A DNA stretch of 64,000 nt, taken from positions 288,001-352,000 of the forward strand of contig CAVRGP010000015.1 in the NCBI GenBank assembly GCA_963720755.1. The letters are read 5' to 3'. Made by a program: the position numbers and the translations under genes. Source of the DNA: an uncultured Chloroflexia bacterium (GTDB lineage Bacteria; Chloroflexota; Limnocylindria; Limnocylindrales; CSP1-4). The first letter of the stretch is position 1; each line of letters starts with the position of its first letter. This document shows, one piece after another, positions 37,628 through 46,653 of the stretch. A model generated the notes under the pieces. It ran no database searches. It saw only the letters and a program-made list of their open reading frames with translations, and had not been told where the DNA came from.

Positions 37628-38661
37628 GCGTGCGGGACGAGATCCTGGAGCAGCCGGACGCCGCCCAGCGGCTCCTCGACGCGGCACCGACAGCGTTCGC
37701 CCCGATATCTGCCGCGCTGCGGGCGCGCCGGCCGCGGTTCGCCGTCATCGTCGCCCGCGGCTCCTCGGACCACGCGGGCATCTATGCGCAGTACCTGCTG
37801 GCGATCCGGAACAGCATGGTCGTCGCCCTCGCGGCGCCGTCCACGGTCACGCTCTATGGAGCGCGCCCGGATATGAGCGAGGCGCTGGTCGTCGGCATCT
37901 CGCAATCGGGCCGATCACCGGACATGGTCGCCGTGGTCGACGAGGCGCGCCGTCAGGGCGCGCTGACCGTCGCGCTGACGAACGACGCCACCTCCCCCCT
38001 GGCCGAGACGGCAGACCACGTGGTCGACCTGCGGGCGGGGCCGGAGCGGGCTACGGCCGCGACCAAGACCTACACGGCTGAGCTGCTGGCGGTGGCGCTG
38101 CTGTCGACGGCCCTCGATCCGCCCTCGCCGGCAGAGACGGTCGACCTGGTCGGCTTGCCCGGGCTCGTCTCGGCAGCGCTTCTGGCGGAGCCTTCGGCGC
38201 GTGACCTCGCCGCCGGGCACGCCGAGCGTCAGCGGGCTGTCGTGCTCGGCCGCGGCTACAGCTACGCGAGCGCACGCGAGTGGGGGCTCAAGCTCCAGGA
38301 GATGGCGCAGCTTGCTGCCATGCCGTATTCAGCGGCGGACTTCGAGCATGGCCCCCTTGCCATGGCTGAACCCGGCTTGCCGATCCTGGCGGTGGCTCCG
38401 AGCGGTCCCGAGCTGGATGCCCAGGTTGCGTTGCTGGCCAGCCTCAAGGAGGACCACGGCGCACGCTTGCTGGTGATCTCGGACTCCCCGAGCGCACGTG
38501 AGATCGACGAGGGGCTCGTCCTGCCAGACGGCGTCCCGCCCTGGCTGGCGCCGATCGTCGAGATCGTGCCCGCCCAGCTGTACGCCTATCACCTGACGCT
38601 TGCGCGCGGCCTCGACACCGAGCACCCGCGCACGATCCGCAAGGTCACCGAGACGCGCTAG
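37624..38661 (+). CDS. SIS-domain protein, glucosamine-6-phosphate deaminase (NagB-II)-like
   Basis: EILEQP, ARGSSDHA, SQSGRSPD, ATKTY, F.HGP, KVTETR C-terminus. No glutaminase domain. Confidence 0.85.
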   Translation: MSVRDEILEQPDAAQRLLDAAPTAFAPISAALRARRPRFAVIVARGSSDHAGIYAQYLLAIRNSMVVALAAPSTVTLYGARPDMSEALVVGISQSGRSPDMVAVVDEARRQGALTVALTNDATSPLAETADHVVDLRAGPERATAATKTYTAELLAVALLSTALDPPSPAETVDLVGLPGLVSAALLAEPSARDLAAGHAERQRAVVLGRGYSYASAREWGLKLQEMAQLAAMPYSAADFEHGPLAMAEPGLPILAVAPSGPELDAQVALLASLKEDHGARLLVISDSPSAREIDEGLVLPDGVPPWLAPIVEIVPAQLYAYHLTLARGLDTEHPRTIRKVTETR

Positions 38662-38703
38662 CACCGGCGATCGGACGCCCGGTCGGCCCGAGGTGGAGCG
38701 GGG

Positions 38704-40065
38704 CTACTCTCGGGCCAGGAGGCGCTGATACCAGCGCGCGCTGTCCTTGAGGGTGCGACGCTGGCTGCTGTAGTCAACGTGGATCAGGCCGAAGCGTCGG
38801 GTGTAGCCAAGGCTCCACTCATAGTTGTCGAGCAGCGACCAGACGTGATACCCGGTCAGTGGCACGCCGGCTTGAAGCGCCTCGGATGCCGCGGCGACGT
38901 GGCGGGCAAGGTAGTCGACCCTGGCCACATCGCGTACCCGGCCGTCCTGATCGACGGTATCCGGATACGCCGCGCCGTTCTCCGTGACCACGATCTCAGG
39001 TGGCGCGTACGTCCGGTTGAGCTCGAGCAGGACGTCACGCAGGCCATCGGGCGCCACGTGCCAGTCCATCTGCGTCTGCTCGGAGTCCGGGAGGGCACCG
39101 ATCTCCCAGTCGAACGCGCGATCGGAGTTGGCGCTGACCGAGTCGCGCCGGTAGTAGTTCAGGCCGAGGTAGTCGAGATCACCGGCCGGCGGCTCCGCGA
39201 GTTCGATGCCTTCGAGGTGCCCCGCCTCACGGTGCGCTTCGAGTCCCAGCGTCGGGTAGCCGCGACCGAACAGCGGATCGAGGAACCACGCGTCGCGAGC
39301 CGAACTCCAGCGGGCGGCAGCGACCCGATCCCGATCAGAATCGGTCGCCGGCGCGACCTGGTTGACATCGATCGCCACGCCGATCTTGGCGCGGTCGACC
39401 TGCGCCCGGATCGTGCGGGCGGCGGCGGCGTGAGCGCGCAGCTCGTTGTCGGCGACACGGATCGCGGTCGGCCAGTCACGCAGCCCCGGCGCATGGATGC
39501 CGTCGGCATGGCCGAGAAAGGCGAAGACGGCCGGCTCGTTGAACGTCATCCAATCCTTGACCCGGTCGCCCAGGTTCGTCGTCATCAACTCGGTGTAGTC
39601 GGTGAACCAGCCCACGACCTCCGGGTTGGCGAAGCCACCGCGGTCCTGCAGCGCCTGCGGCAGGTCCCAATGGAAAAGGTTGACGAGCGGTTGGATGCCC
39701 GCCTCGAGGATGGTGTCGACGAGGCGCCGGTAGAAGTCGAGGCCGGGCTGGTTGATGGCGCCCGTGCCCATCGGGATCACGCGGGACCAGCTGACGCTGA
39801 AGCGATAGGCGCGCGCCCCGAGCTCGGCCATCAGTCCGATGTCGCTCGGGTACCGGTGGAAATGGTCGCACGCGACGTCGCCCGTGCTTCCGTCCGCGAT
39901 CGCGCCAGGTTGGCGGGCGAAGGTGTCCCAGATCGACGGTCGTCGGCCATCCTCTGCCGCCGCCCCCTCGATCTGATAGGCAGACGCGGCGAACCCCCAG
40001 GCGAAGTCGACCGGGAATCGCCGGGCGAGTCGGGTCGGGTCGCTGTCGAAGGCCGATCTCATCAC
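38704..40065 (-). CDS. GH1 beta-glucosidase
   Basis: F.WG.A.SAYQIEG, TFNEP (acid/base), VTENG (nucleophile), WSLLDNYEW. Confidence 0.93.
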   Translation of the reverse strand: MMRSAFDSDPTRLARRFPVDFAWGFAASAYQIEGAAAEDGRRPSIWDTFARQPGAIADGSTGDVACDHFHRYPSDIGLMAELGARAYRFSVSWSRVIPMGTGAINQPGLDFYRRLVDTILEAGIQPLVNLFHWDLPQALQDRGGFANPEVVGWFTDYTELMTTNLGDRVKDWMTFNEPAVFAFLGHADGIHAPGLRDWPTAIRVADNELRAHAAAARTIRAQVDRAKIGVAIDVNQVAPATDSDRDRVAAARWSSARDAWFLDPLFGRGYPTLGLEAHREAGHLEGIELAEPPAGDLDYLGLNYYRRDSVSANSDRAFDWEIGALPDSEQTQMDWHVAPDGLRDVLLELNRTYAPPEIVVTENGAAYPDTVDQDGRVRDVARVDYLARHVAAASEALQAGVPLTGYHVWSLLDNYEWSLGYTRRFGLIHVDYSSQRRTLKDSARWYQRLLARE

Positions 40066-40204
40066 CACCGAAGCGTATCCGCAACACCGACAGGACGTCG
40101 GGTCCGATCGGCAGGCGCCGGGCGGCGAACCGCCCAGGATCGCCCGGTGCATTCGCGGCCCCTGCTACGATGCCCTTGAAATCCGTCGATCCTCGGAGGG
40201 GCAC

Positions 40205-40957
40205 GTGCCGCTTGAATTCCTGAAACGCCGAGGTGGCGCCGACGCCGCATCCGAATCGGACGCGAAGCCGGCCACGTCCACCCTCATGCCTGAGGAGATC
40301 GTCGCTCAGGACCATGTCCTTAAGCTGTACTACGCCGGCAAGAGCAGTGAGGGCGTTCGGCTCAAGGCGGGTCCAGCCGCCGTCGCGGAGCTGCCCGGGA
40401 TGCTTGTGGGTCTGGCCCTGTCCGAGATCGAGGTCGTGGACCCGCTGCCGATCGAATTCAGCCAGGCGACCCCGACGATCGTGTCGCCGTCCGAGGCGAT
40501 GCAGTGGTTGAACGCCCACCACGTCCACTCGCCGATCACCCGGCACGCCCTCGTCGTGCTTGAGTCGATCGATGCGGTCGACCTGGCATTCGACACCTTC
40601 GTCTGTGCGCTCCTCGACGGGGAGGTCGATACGTCGGGCTATCCGGAATACAACGCCATCGTCGGTGGGGTCGCGGCCCACTGGGACGAGGCGACCGGCG
40701 ACATGATCTGTCGCGCCGTGGTCGGTTGGGGTGGCAAAGGGGTTCGCGGCGACACGGACCGGATCGGGGCGCGCATCCTCGGCGGGCTCCTCAACGCGAT
40801 CCTCGCGAGTCAATATGCACTGGGATTGACGCCGGTCGATCGACCGGTCCCGGCGGCCGGTCGCGGTGGCCTTGTGTGCGCGCACTGCGGCTTCGCATCG
40901 GCCCACGAGCGAGCGTTCTATTGCCCGAAGTGCGGCATGCGTCTCCTGCGCGGCTGA
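40205..40957 (+). CDS. Hypothetical protein with C-terminal zinc ribbon
   Basis: GGAGG SD and TGcTACGAT extended -10 upstream. C-terminal CAHC-x11-CPKC. Confidence 0.8.
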   Translation: MPLEFLKRRGGADAASESDAKPATSTLMPEEIVAQDHVLKLYYAGKSSEGVRLKAGPAAVAELPGMLVGLALSEIEVVDPLPIEFSQATPTIVSPSEAMQWLNAHHVHSPITRHALVVLESIDAVDLAFDTFVCALLDGEVDTSGYPEYNAIVGGVAAHWDEATGDMICRAVVGWGGKGVRGDTDRIGARILGGLLNAILASQYALGLTPVDRPVPAAGRGGLVCAHCGFASAHERAFYCPKCGMRLLRG

Positions 40958-40966
40958 GTCGACCCG

Positions 40967-41344
40967 ATGCCGGCCTACGACTATGACTGCGCGGCGTGTG
41001 GCCGTCGGTTCGAGGTGATCCACGGCGTGCACGCCGAGCGGCCGACGACCTGCCTGCTGTGCGGAAGCGGCCCGATCCGAAAGGCGATCAGTGCGCCGGC
41101 GATCCACTACAAGGGTTCGGGCTGGGCGAAGAAGGAACGGAGCGCGACCGCCACACCGAAGTCGAGCGAGACGAAATCGACCGAGGCGAAGCCGGGCGAG
41201 TCGAAGTCGACAGAGCCGACCACCACCGGATCCGCAGGGCGATCCAGCGAATCAAAGCCTCAGGGCGGGACCTCGGACGGCGGGCAGACACCGACACCGT
41301 CGTCGACCTCGGTGTCGTCCGGGTCGCCTGGCGCCAGCGACTGA
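40967..41344 (+). CDS. FmdB-family zinc-ribbon protein
   Basis: MP.Y.Y.C..CG..FE, CLLC, YKGSGW, Ser/Thr/Lys-rich tail. Confidence 0.88.
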   Translation: MPAYDYDCAACGRRFEVIHGVHAERPTTCLLCGSGPIRKAISAPAIHYKGSGWAKKERSATATPKSSETKSTEAKPGESKSTEPTTTGSAGRSSESKPQGGTSDGGQTPTPSSTSVSSGSPGASD

Positions 41345-41349
41345 CGTCG

Positions 41350-41586
41350 ATGGCCGCCACGGATTGGATCACGCTCGCAGAAGCTGCGGAGATCCTGGCC
41401 GCCTCGAACGTCCACTTCACGACCGACACGATCGGTGGCTGGGCACGCTCGGGCCGCCTCCAGAGCATCAAGCTCGGCGGTCGCAGGTTCGTGCGTCGGG
41501 GTGAGGTGCGGGCGCTCGTGAGCGTCCCGCGACGGGTTCGGGCCGAGGACCTCCAGCCGGGCTTGTTCCAGGACCTGGACCCCTGA
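41350..41586 (+). CDS. Small excisionase/BldC-like HTH DNA-binding protein
   Basis: WITLAEAAEIL...TIGGWARSGRL.SIKLGGRRFVRR.EV. Confidence 0.78.
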   Translation: MAATDWITLAEAAEILAASNVHFTTDTIGGWARSGRLQSIKLGGRRFVRRGEVRALVSVPRRVRAEDLQPGLFQDLDP

Positions 41587-41618
41587 AACTGCCTTGGCGG
41601 GTCGATCCGGCCGCCGTC

Positions 41619-42506
41619 ATGTCACGGGTCCTCGACGAGCCCCGCATCGCCCGGGTCATGGCCGTCCTGGACATCTACGGTGGGGCGGCCGGCGGCCTGT
41701 TGGCCAATGGGCTTGCCTTTTCGTCGTTGTTCGCGGCCATCCCCACGACGCTCCTGGTACTGGGTATCGCGGGCTGGCTCACCGGTGACGAGGCGATCCG
41801 GTCGACCGTTGCCGAGCGGCTCGTCGAGGCATTCCCGCCGCTCGCCGATCTGATCGAAGGGTCACTCGATGCGATGACGAAGGGTGCCGCATTCACCTCG
41901 ATCCTCGGCATCGTGGGCCTCGTCTGGACGGTCAGCCAGCTCTACGCCGCGCTTGATGTGGCGTTCTCCCGGATCTACTGGGAGGACCCCCAGCGGGACA
42001 TGGTCCGACGGACCGCTCGCGGCCTCGTCGTCGTCGCCATCCTCGTCATCGGGATCGTCGGGTTCGTCGTGGTGACGTCGCTGGCCGCCGCGCTCGACGC
42101 CGTGGCGCCGCAGATCCCGATGGTCAGCGGTCTCACCGATCTGGGTGGCTCGCTACCAGTCCTCGCACTGATATCGATCGGTTCGGTTCTGGTGATCTAT
42201 CGAACCCTGCCACCGCGTGCCCCGCGCTGGCGTTCCGCACTCATCCCCGCGGTGGTCGTCGGGCTGGTCATCGTGATCCTGAGCCAGATCTTCACCTTCC
42301 TCGTGCCGAGGTTGGTGGGCGTGGCAGCCCTGGCTGGATCGCTCGCCTCGGCCTTCGTCGCGTTGGCATGGCTGTCCTTCACGATCCAGGCGTTGCTGTA
42401 CGGCGCGGCCTGGGTTCGCGTCCGTGAGGAAGGCCCGGAAGCGGCTCGGTCAGCCCGCCTGGGGAGTACCGCAGCGTCGACAGAACCGGGCGGTAGCCGA
42501 CAATGA
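41619..42506 (+). CDS. YihY/BrkB-family membrane protein
   Basis: LANGLAFSSLFA, LIYRTLP, LAWL, LLYGA. About 6 TMs. Confidence 0.82.
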   Translation: MSRVLDEPRIARVMAVLDIYGGAAGGLLANGLAFSSLFAAIPTTLLVLGIAGWLTGDEAIRSTVAERLVEAFPPLADLIEGSLDAMTKGAAFTSILGIVGLVWTVSQLYAALDVAFSRIYWEDPQRDMVRRTARGLVVVAILVIGIVGFVVVTSLAAALDAVAPQIPMVSGLTDLGGSLPVLALISIGSVLVIYRTLPPRAPRWRSALIPAVVVGLVIVILSQIFTFLVPRLVGVAALAGSLASAFVALAWLSFTIQALLYGAAWVRVREEGPEAARSARLGSTAASTEPGGSRQ

Positions 42507-43820
42507 CAGCCCGCAACTGACGCAGGGCTGGACGCCGCCGGCCTTGGTCGGGGCCGCCGTGTCGACGACATCCTTCGTCGACGCCGCCCAGATGGCGTCC
42601 ATGCCGCCCTGTGGCGCGGCGGGGCGATCGAGGAACGGAAGACCATTGGCCGGGGCGCCACCGAGCCAGGCAGGTCGAGTCGGCCATTGCGGTTCGCTGG
42701 TAGGCTTCGCGGTCGCCGCGGCGGGAATCTGCCCTGACCCGTTGGCTGGATCCACGGGTCTGGTGTCCACGTTGGGGTCGGGTGCGACCATCTGCCAGAC
42801 AGGCTGGGCGATCACGTCGCTCGACTCGACCGAGGCAGCCGCTGCGAATTCGGCCTCCGGTTCGGCCACGGCCTCCGGTTCGGCAACGACCTCCGGTTCC
42901 GCCGTGGCCGCGATCTCCGTCTCGGCGACCTCGGGGGCTTCGGCCACGACCTCTGCTTCGGCCACGACCTCCGGTTCCGCTGCGACTTCGATCGCCGGTT
43001 CGGCGACAAGGGCTTCCGGTTGGACGACGGTCTCCGGCTCGGCGACAACCTCCGGCTCGGCGACCGCGGCGGCGGCCATCTCCACGGCCGCCATGTGCGC
43101 TGCCGCGTGCTCACGCTCGTACGCCTCCAGTTCGGAGTCGAGATCGCGCACGGCCGGAGGCGGGGTCGACGCGCTTGTATCGGATCCCTCGATATCGGGC
43201 GATGCGACGTCGAGCGTGGTGTCGGGTGCGATGGGCGCGGTCTCGAGCCCGATCATCTCGGTCGGCCTGACGTCCGCCTCGGCGGCCGGCGCGTCGATCG
43301 ATGCGAAGCCGGTCAGGGCCGCCAGCCGGCCCGCCACATCGATCTCGCCCCCGTGGTCGGCCGCACTGTCGATCGTATCGCCGTCGTGTGCGGTGCCGTT
43401 CGATCCGTTCGATCCGTTCATGCCGGGATCGGCGAGGACGGCTTCGTCCAATGTGACGGCGCCGACCGGGAGACCGGGGAAGGGCGCCGGCATGATCTCA
43501 TGGCCGAGGTGAGGCGCGCACGTCAGGCAGCGTGCTTCGGCCTCGTTCCAGCAATTCGGGCACGTGTACTGCCGGCAGGACATGCAGAAGTTGAAGGTCT
43601 TGTGGAAGGCATCCAGCTGGGAGGCCGTGGCGTCGCGATCGGTCTCGCTCCTGGCGGCCGCCATCGCCTCGTCCATGGAGGTGCCGTCCGACATGACGAA
43701 GTTCTTCAGGCCCCGCGACAGCACTTTCACGCCGGTCAGGCGCTTTCGCGGGCGCTCAGATTCGAAGGTGTAGCGCGTGCCACACCGTTCGCAGAAGGAT
43801 TCAGTCAGGATCTCGGTCAT
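42450..43820 (-). CDS. Multi-zinc-finger protein with acidic disordered linker
   Basis: Six CxxC pairs, four N-terminal and two C-terminal. EPEVVA-type repeats in the linker. TATACT upstream. Confidence 0.8.
   Translation of the reverse strand: MTEILTESFCERCGTRYTFESERPRKRLTGVKVLSRGLKNFVMSDGTSMDEAMAAARSETDRDATASQLDAFHKTFNFCMSCRQYTCPNCWNEAEARCLTCAPHLGHEIMPAPFPGLPVGAVTLDEAVLADPGMNGSNGSNGTAHDGDTIDSAADHGGEIDVAGRLAALTGFASIDAPAAEADVRPTEMIGLETAPIAPDTTLDVASPDIEGSDTSASTPPPAVRDLDSELEAYEREHAAAHMAAVEMAAAAVAEPEVVAEPETVVQPEALVAEPAIEVAAEPEVVAEAEVVAEAPEVAETEIAATAEPEVVAEPEAVAEPEAEFAAAASVESSDVIAQPVWQMVAPDPNVDTRPVDPANGSGQIPAAATAKPTSEPQWPTRPAWLGGAPANGLPFLDRPAAPQGGMDAIWAASTKDVVDTAAPTKAGGVQPCVSCGLSLSATARFCRRCGTPQAG
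42851..43065. repeat. Degenerate 18-bp coding tandem repeats (A-E-P-E-V-V)
   Basis: Recurring CTCCGGTTCGGC/CTCCGGCTCGGC units. Confidence 0.7.
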
Positions 43821-44003
43821 CGGGTCACCGGTTGCGCGCGGATATCACTCGTCCGGATTGCCCGGTTCGAGCGGGTTGAGAGTATATCGCAGCGCTACGA
43901 GTGCCCCTTCCCCCGTGGGTACTCCACCAAGACGCCGAATGTCCGGGGCAGGGAGATGCCGGACCAGCGTTTTCGGACCCTCTGCTAGACTCCGCCACCG
44001 ACC

Positions 44004-44789
44004 ATGCCGGCCCTTGATTCTGTCGAACGGTTCTTCGAACGCCTGTTGGAGCGACCTTCAGCGCGGCTCTTCCGGGCTCGACTCCAACCGATCCAGATGC
44101 AGCGCAGGATCGAGCGCGCCATGGAGGGCGAGCGACTCACGACGTCGGATCGGACCCTCGTACCCAACCGCTACAGCGTGCACCTGAACCCGGACGACCT
44201 GGCCGACTTCGGGGAGATGTCGCCGGTCCTGGCGTCCGAACTGGCAGACGAGGCCCTGGCGTTCGCTCGCAACCATCGCTACACGGTCGCGGACCGTCCA
44301 CAAGTCGACCTTGTCGCCGATCCACGGGTCGACCGCGCCGACATCCGAGTCGAGGCCCGGTTTGCCGAGGCGGTCGTCGGTCGGCCAGGTCACGGTCCGG
44401 TCGTTCTCGAACCGCAAGCCGGCGAGACTGCCATGGCGGGCGACCCGTCCGCGACCCGGGTCTTCACGGTCCCGCGGCCGACCACACCGCGGGCCGTCAT
44501 CCGGGTCATCGACCCCGATGGTCGGACGCACCAGGCCGTCGTCGCCCCAGGCGGACTCACGATCGGCCGGGCGACCGACAACGACCTGGTCGTGCGGGAC
44601 AACCGCGTCTCACGACATCACGGGCGGATCGTCGGGCGCCGTGGGACGCTCGTCTACGCGGATCTGGGCAGCACGAACGGCTCGCGGGTGAACGGCGTCC
44701 CGGTGACCGAGGTCGTCCTTGGAGTCGGCGATCGCCTCGAGGTCGGGGGGACCGTTCTCGTCGTCGAGGTCGCCGGGGCGTCGGCTTGA
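44004..44789 (+). CDS. fhaA: FhaA-like protein (DUF3662 plus FHA)
   Basis: ERFFERL, LQP, VPNRY.V.L, FHA motifs IGR, SRHH, DLGSTNGS. Confidence 0.88.
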   Translation: MPALDSVERFFERLLERPSARLFRARLQPIQMQRRIERAMEGERLTTSDRTLVPNRYSVHLNPDDLADFGEMSPVLASELADEALAFARNHRYTVADRPQVDLVADPRVDRADIRVEARFAEAVVGRPGHGPVVLEPQAGETAMAGDPSATRVFTVPRPTTPRAVIRVIDPDGRTHQAVVAPGGLTIGRATDNDLVVRDNRVSRHHGRIVGRRGTLVYADLGSTNGSRVNGVPVTEVVLGVGDRLEVGGTVLVVEVAGASA

Positions 44790-45226
44790 TGGACGGTTTC
44801 ACCATCGTCCTGTGGACCGTCCGGCTGCTCTTCCTGGCCTTGCTGTACCTGTTCCTCGCCCGCGTCATCCGGGCGTTGCTTCGGGACCTCCGCGCGGCCA
44901 CCCGCGAGCCAGCGGATCGTCACGGGCGGTTGGTCGTCCTTGAATCCCCGAACGGCGAACCGGTCCCCGGGCACTCATTCGGGCTCGATGTCATCACGCC
45001 GCTCGGGCGCGATGTCAACAACGCCATCGTCATCGACGATGCCTTCGCCTCGGCCGACCACGCCGTGCTGACGTTCAGGGGTCAAAGTTGGTACGTGGAG
45101 GATCTGGACAGCACGAACGGGTCGTACGTGAACGGCCTGCGCGTGGACGGTGTCGCTCCGCTCGGTTTCGGGGACGAACTTCAGATCGGCCAGGTCCGGA
45201 TGCGGCTGGAGCGGGTGAACCCGTGA
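44786..45226 (+). CDS. fhaB: FhaB/FipA-like membrane-anchored FHA protein
   Basis: N-terminal TM (RLLFLALLYLFL), LGR, SADHA, DLDSTNGSYVNG. Confidence 0.85.
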   Translation: MMDGFTIVLWTVRLLFLALLYLFLARVIRALLRDLRAATREPADRHGRLVVLESPNGEPVPGHSFGLDVITPLGRDVNNAIVIDDAFASADHAVLTFRGQSWYVEDLDSTNGSYVNGLRVDGVAPLGFGDELQIGQVRMRLERVNP

Positions 45227-46653
45227 CGGTGACGGCGACCCGTGCCCGCCGGGATGGTGCGCGGTACCGCCTCCTGGGCCCGATCCGGCCACGGATGCGC
45301 TGGCTCGAGTTCCGTCTGCTGTCGCTGGTCGCGATCGCCGTCCTTGTCGGCAGCGTATCGCTCGAGCTCACGGTCGCCGGGCGATTCGGTCTGTATGACA
45401 CGCAACCGACTGTCATCTATCTCCTGGCCTTGGCCGCCGCGCATCTCGCGCAGGTCGCGGCCGGTCGGCGAACCGACCAGATCCTGTTGCCGGCGGTCGC
45501 GATGCTCGGAGGGATCTCGCTGTTGCTGATGCAGCGCCTGCCCCAGGATCTCGTCCGGCAGACGTTCCTCGGCGTCACCCTGAGCCTGGGCCAGATCCAG
45601 CTCGTTTGGCTGCTGTGCGGGATCGTGATCGCGACCACGGTCGGCATCGTGGTCCGGTCCGATCGTTGGCTGCGTGGCTACAAGTACACCTGGGCGGCGG
45701 TCGGGGTCGGGCTCCTGCTGATCACCTTCGTCCTGGGCACGGACGTCAACGGGCAGCGGCTCACCCTGCAGGTCGGCCCGATCGCCGGGCAGCCTTCCGA
45801 ACTGCTCAAGGTCATCCTCGTCGTGTTCCTGGCGGGCTACCTGTCCGAGAACCGTGCGCTCCTGGTCGAGCAGGACAGCCGGCTCGGGCCGCTCCGCCTG
45901 CCGCCGTTCGCCTACCTCGCGCCGATGGTGGTGATGTGGGCGATCGCCCTCGGGATCGTCGTCGTCCAGCGCGACCTGGGCGCGGCGCTGTTGTTCTTCG
46001 GCGTGTTCCTGGCCCTGCTCTATGTCGCCACCGGCCGGGTCAGCCTGGTCATCCTCGGATTGATCCTGTTCGTGCTGGGTAGCGCACTCATGGCGGTCCT
46101 CTTCCAGCACATCCGGACGCGCGTCGACGTCTGGATCGATCCATTTGCCGATCCGCTCGGCACCGGGTACCAGATCGTCCAGGCACTGCACGCCTTCGCT
46201 CGCGGCGGCCTGGTCGGGGTCGGCCTCGGGGCGGGTCTGCCCGAGATTGGGGGCATGATCACGATCCCGGAGGTGCACACGGACTTCCCGCTGGCGGCTC
46301 TCGGTGAAGAGCTCGGTATCGTCGGGGTCGTCGCGATCCTCGGCCTCTACCTCATCGTCATCGAGCGCGGCCTGCGGATCGGTGCGGCGGCTGCAGACGA
46401 CTTCCGGTCGCTCCTCGCGATCGGTCTGTCGTTGGTGATCGGCGTCCAGGCGTTCATCATCGCCGCCGGGAACCTCAAGTTGTTGCCACTCACGGGGGTC
46501 ACCCTTCCGTTCATCAGCTATGGGGGTTCGTCGATCCTCGTGAATTCGCTCGTGGTCGGGTTCCTTCTGGCGTTGTCGGACAAGGGCGTTGAGCCGCCGC
46601 CGGCCCCACGGGTCGGATCCCGCTGGCTCCGGCGTCGAACGGTGGCGGCCTGA
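45223..46653 (+). CDS. rodA: SEDS peptidoglycan polymerase (RodA/FtsW)
   Basis: QPSELLK, QRDLG, GYQ, PEVHTDF, EELG, PLTGVTLPFISYGGSS. Confidence 0.92.
   Translation: MTVTATRARRDGARYRLLGPIRPRMRWLEFRLLSLVAIAVLVGSVSLELTVAGRFGLYDTQPTVIYLLALAAAHLAQVAAGRRTDQILLPAVAMLGGISLLLMQRLPQDLVRQTFLGVTLSLGQIQLVWLLCGIVIATTVGIVVRSDRWLRGYKYTWAAVGVGLLLITFVLGTDVNGQRLTLQVGPIAGQPSELLKVILVVFLAGYLSENRALLVEQDSRLGPLRLPPFAYLAPMVVMWAIALGIVVVQRDLGAALLFFGVFLALLYVATGRVSLVILGLILFVLGSALMAVLFQHIRTRVDVWIDPFADPLGTGYQIVQALHAFARGGLVGVGLGAGLPEIGGMITIPEVHTDFPLAALGEELGIVGVVAILGLYLIVIERGLRIGAAAADDFRSLLAIGLSLVIGVQAFIIAAGNLKLLPLTGVTLPFISYGGSSILVNSLVVGFLLALSDKGVEPPPAPRVGSRWLRRRTVAA

Noticed and set aside
41350-41586. Excisionase-like HTH as a mobile-element marker
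   Set aside because: No recombinase, att repeats or evident compositional shift nearby.
42851-43065. Repeats as a CRISPR or other non-coding array
   Set aside because: They are in-frame degenerate 18-bp coding repeats with no spacers and no cas genes.
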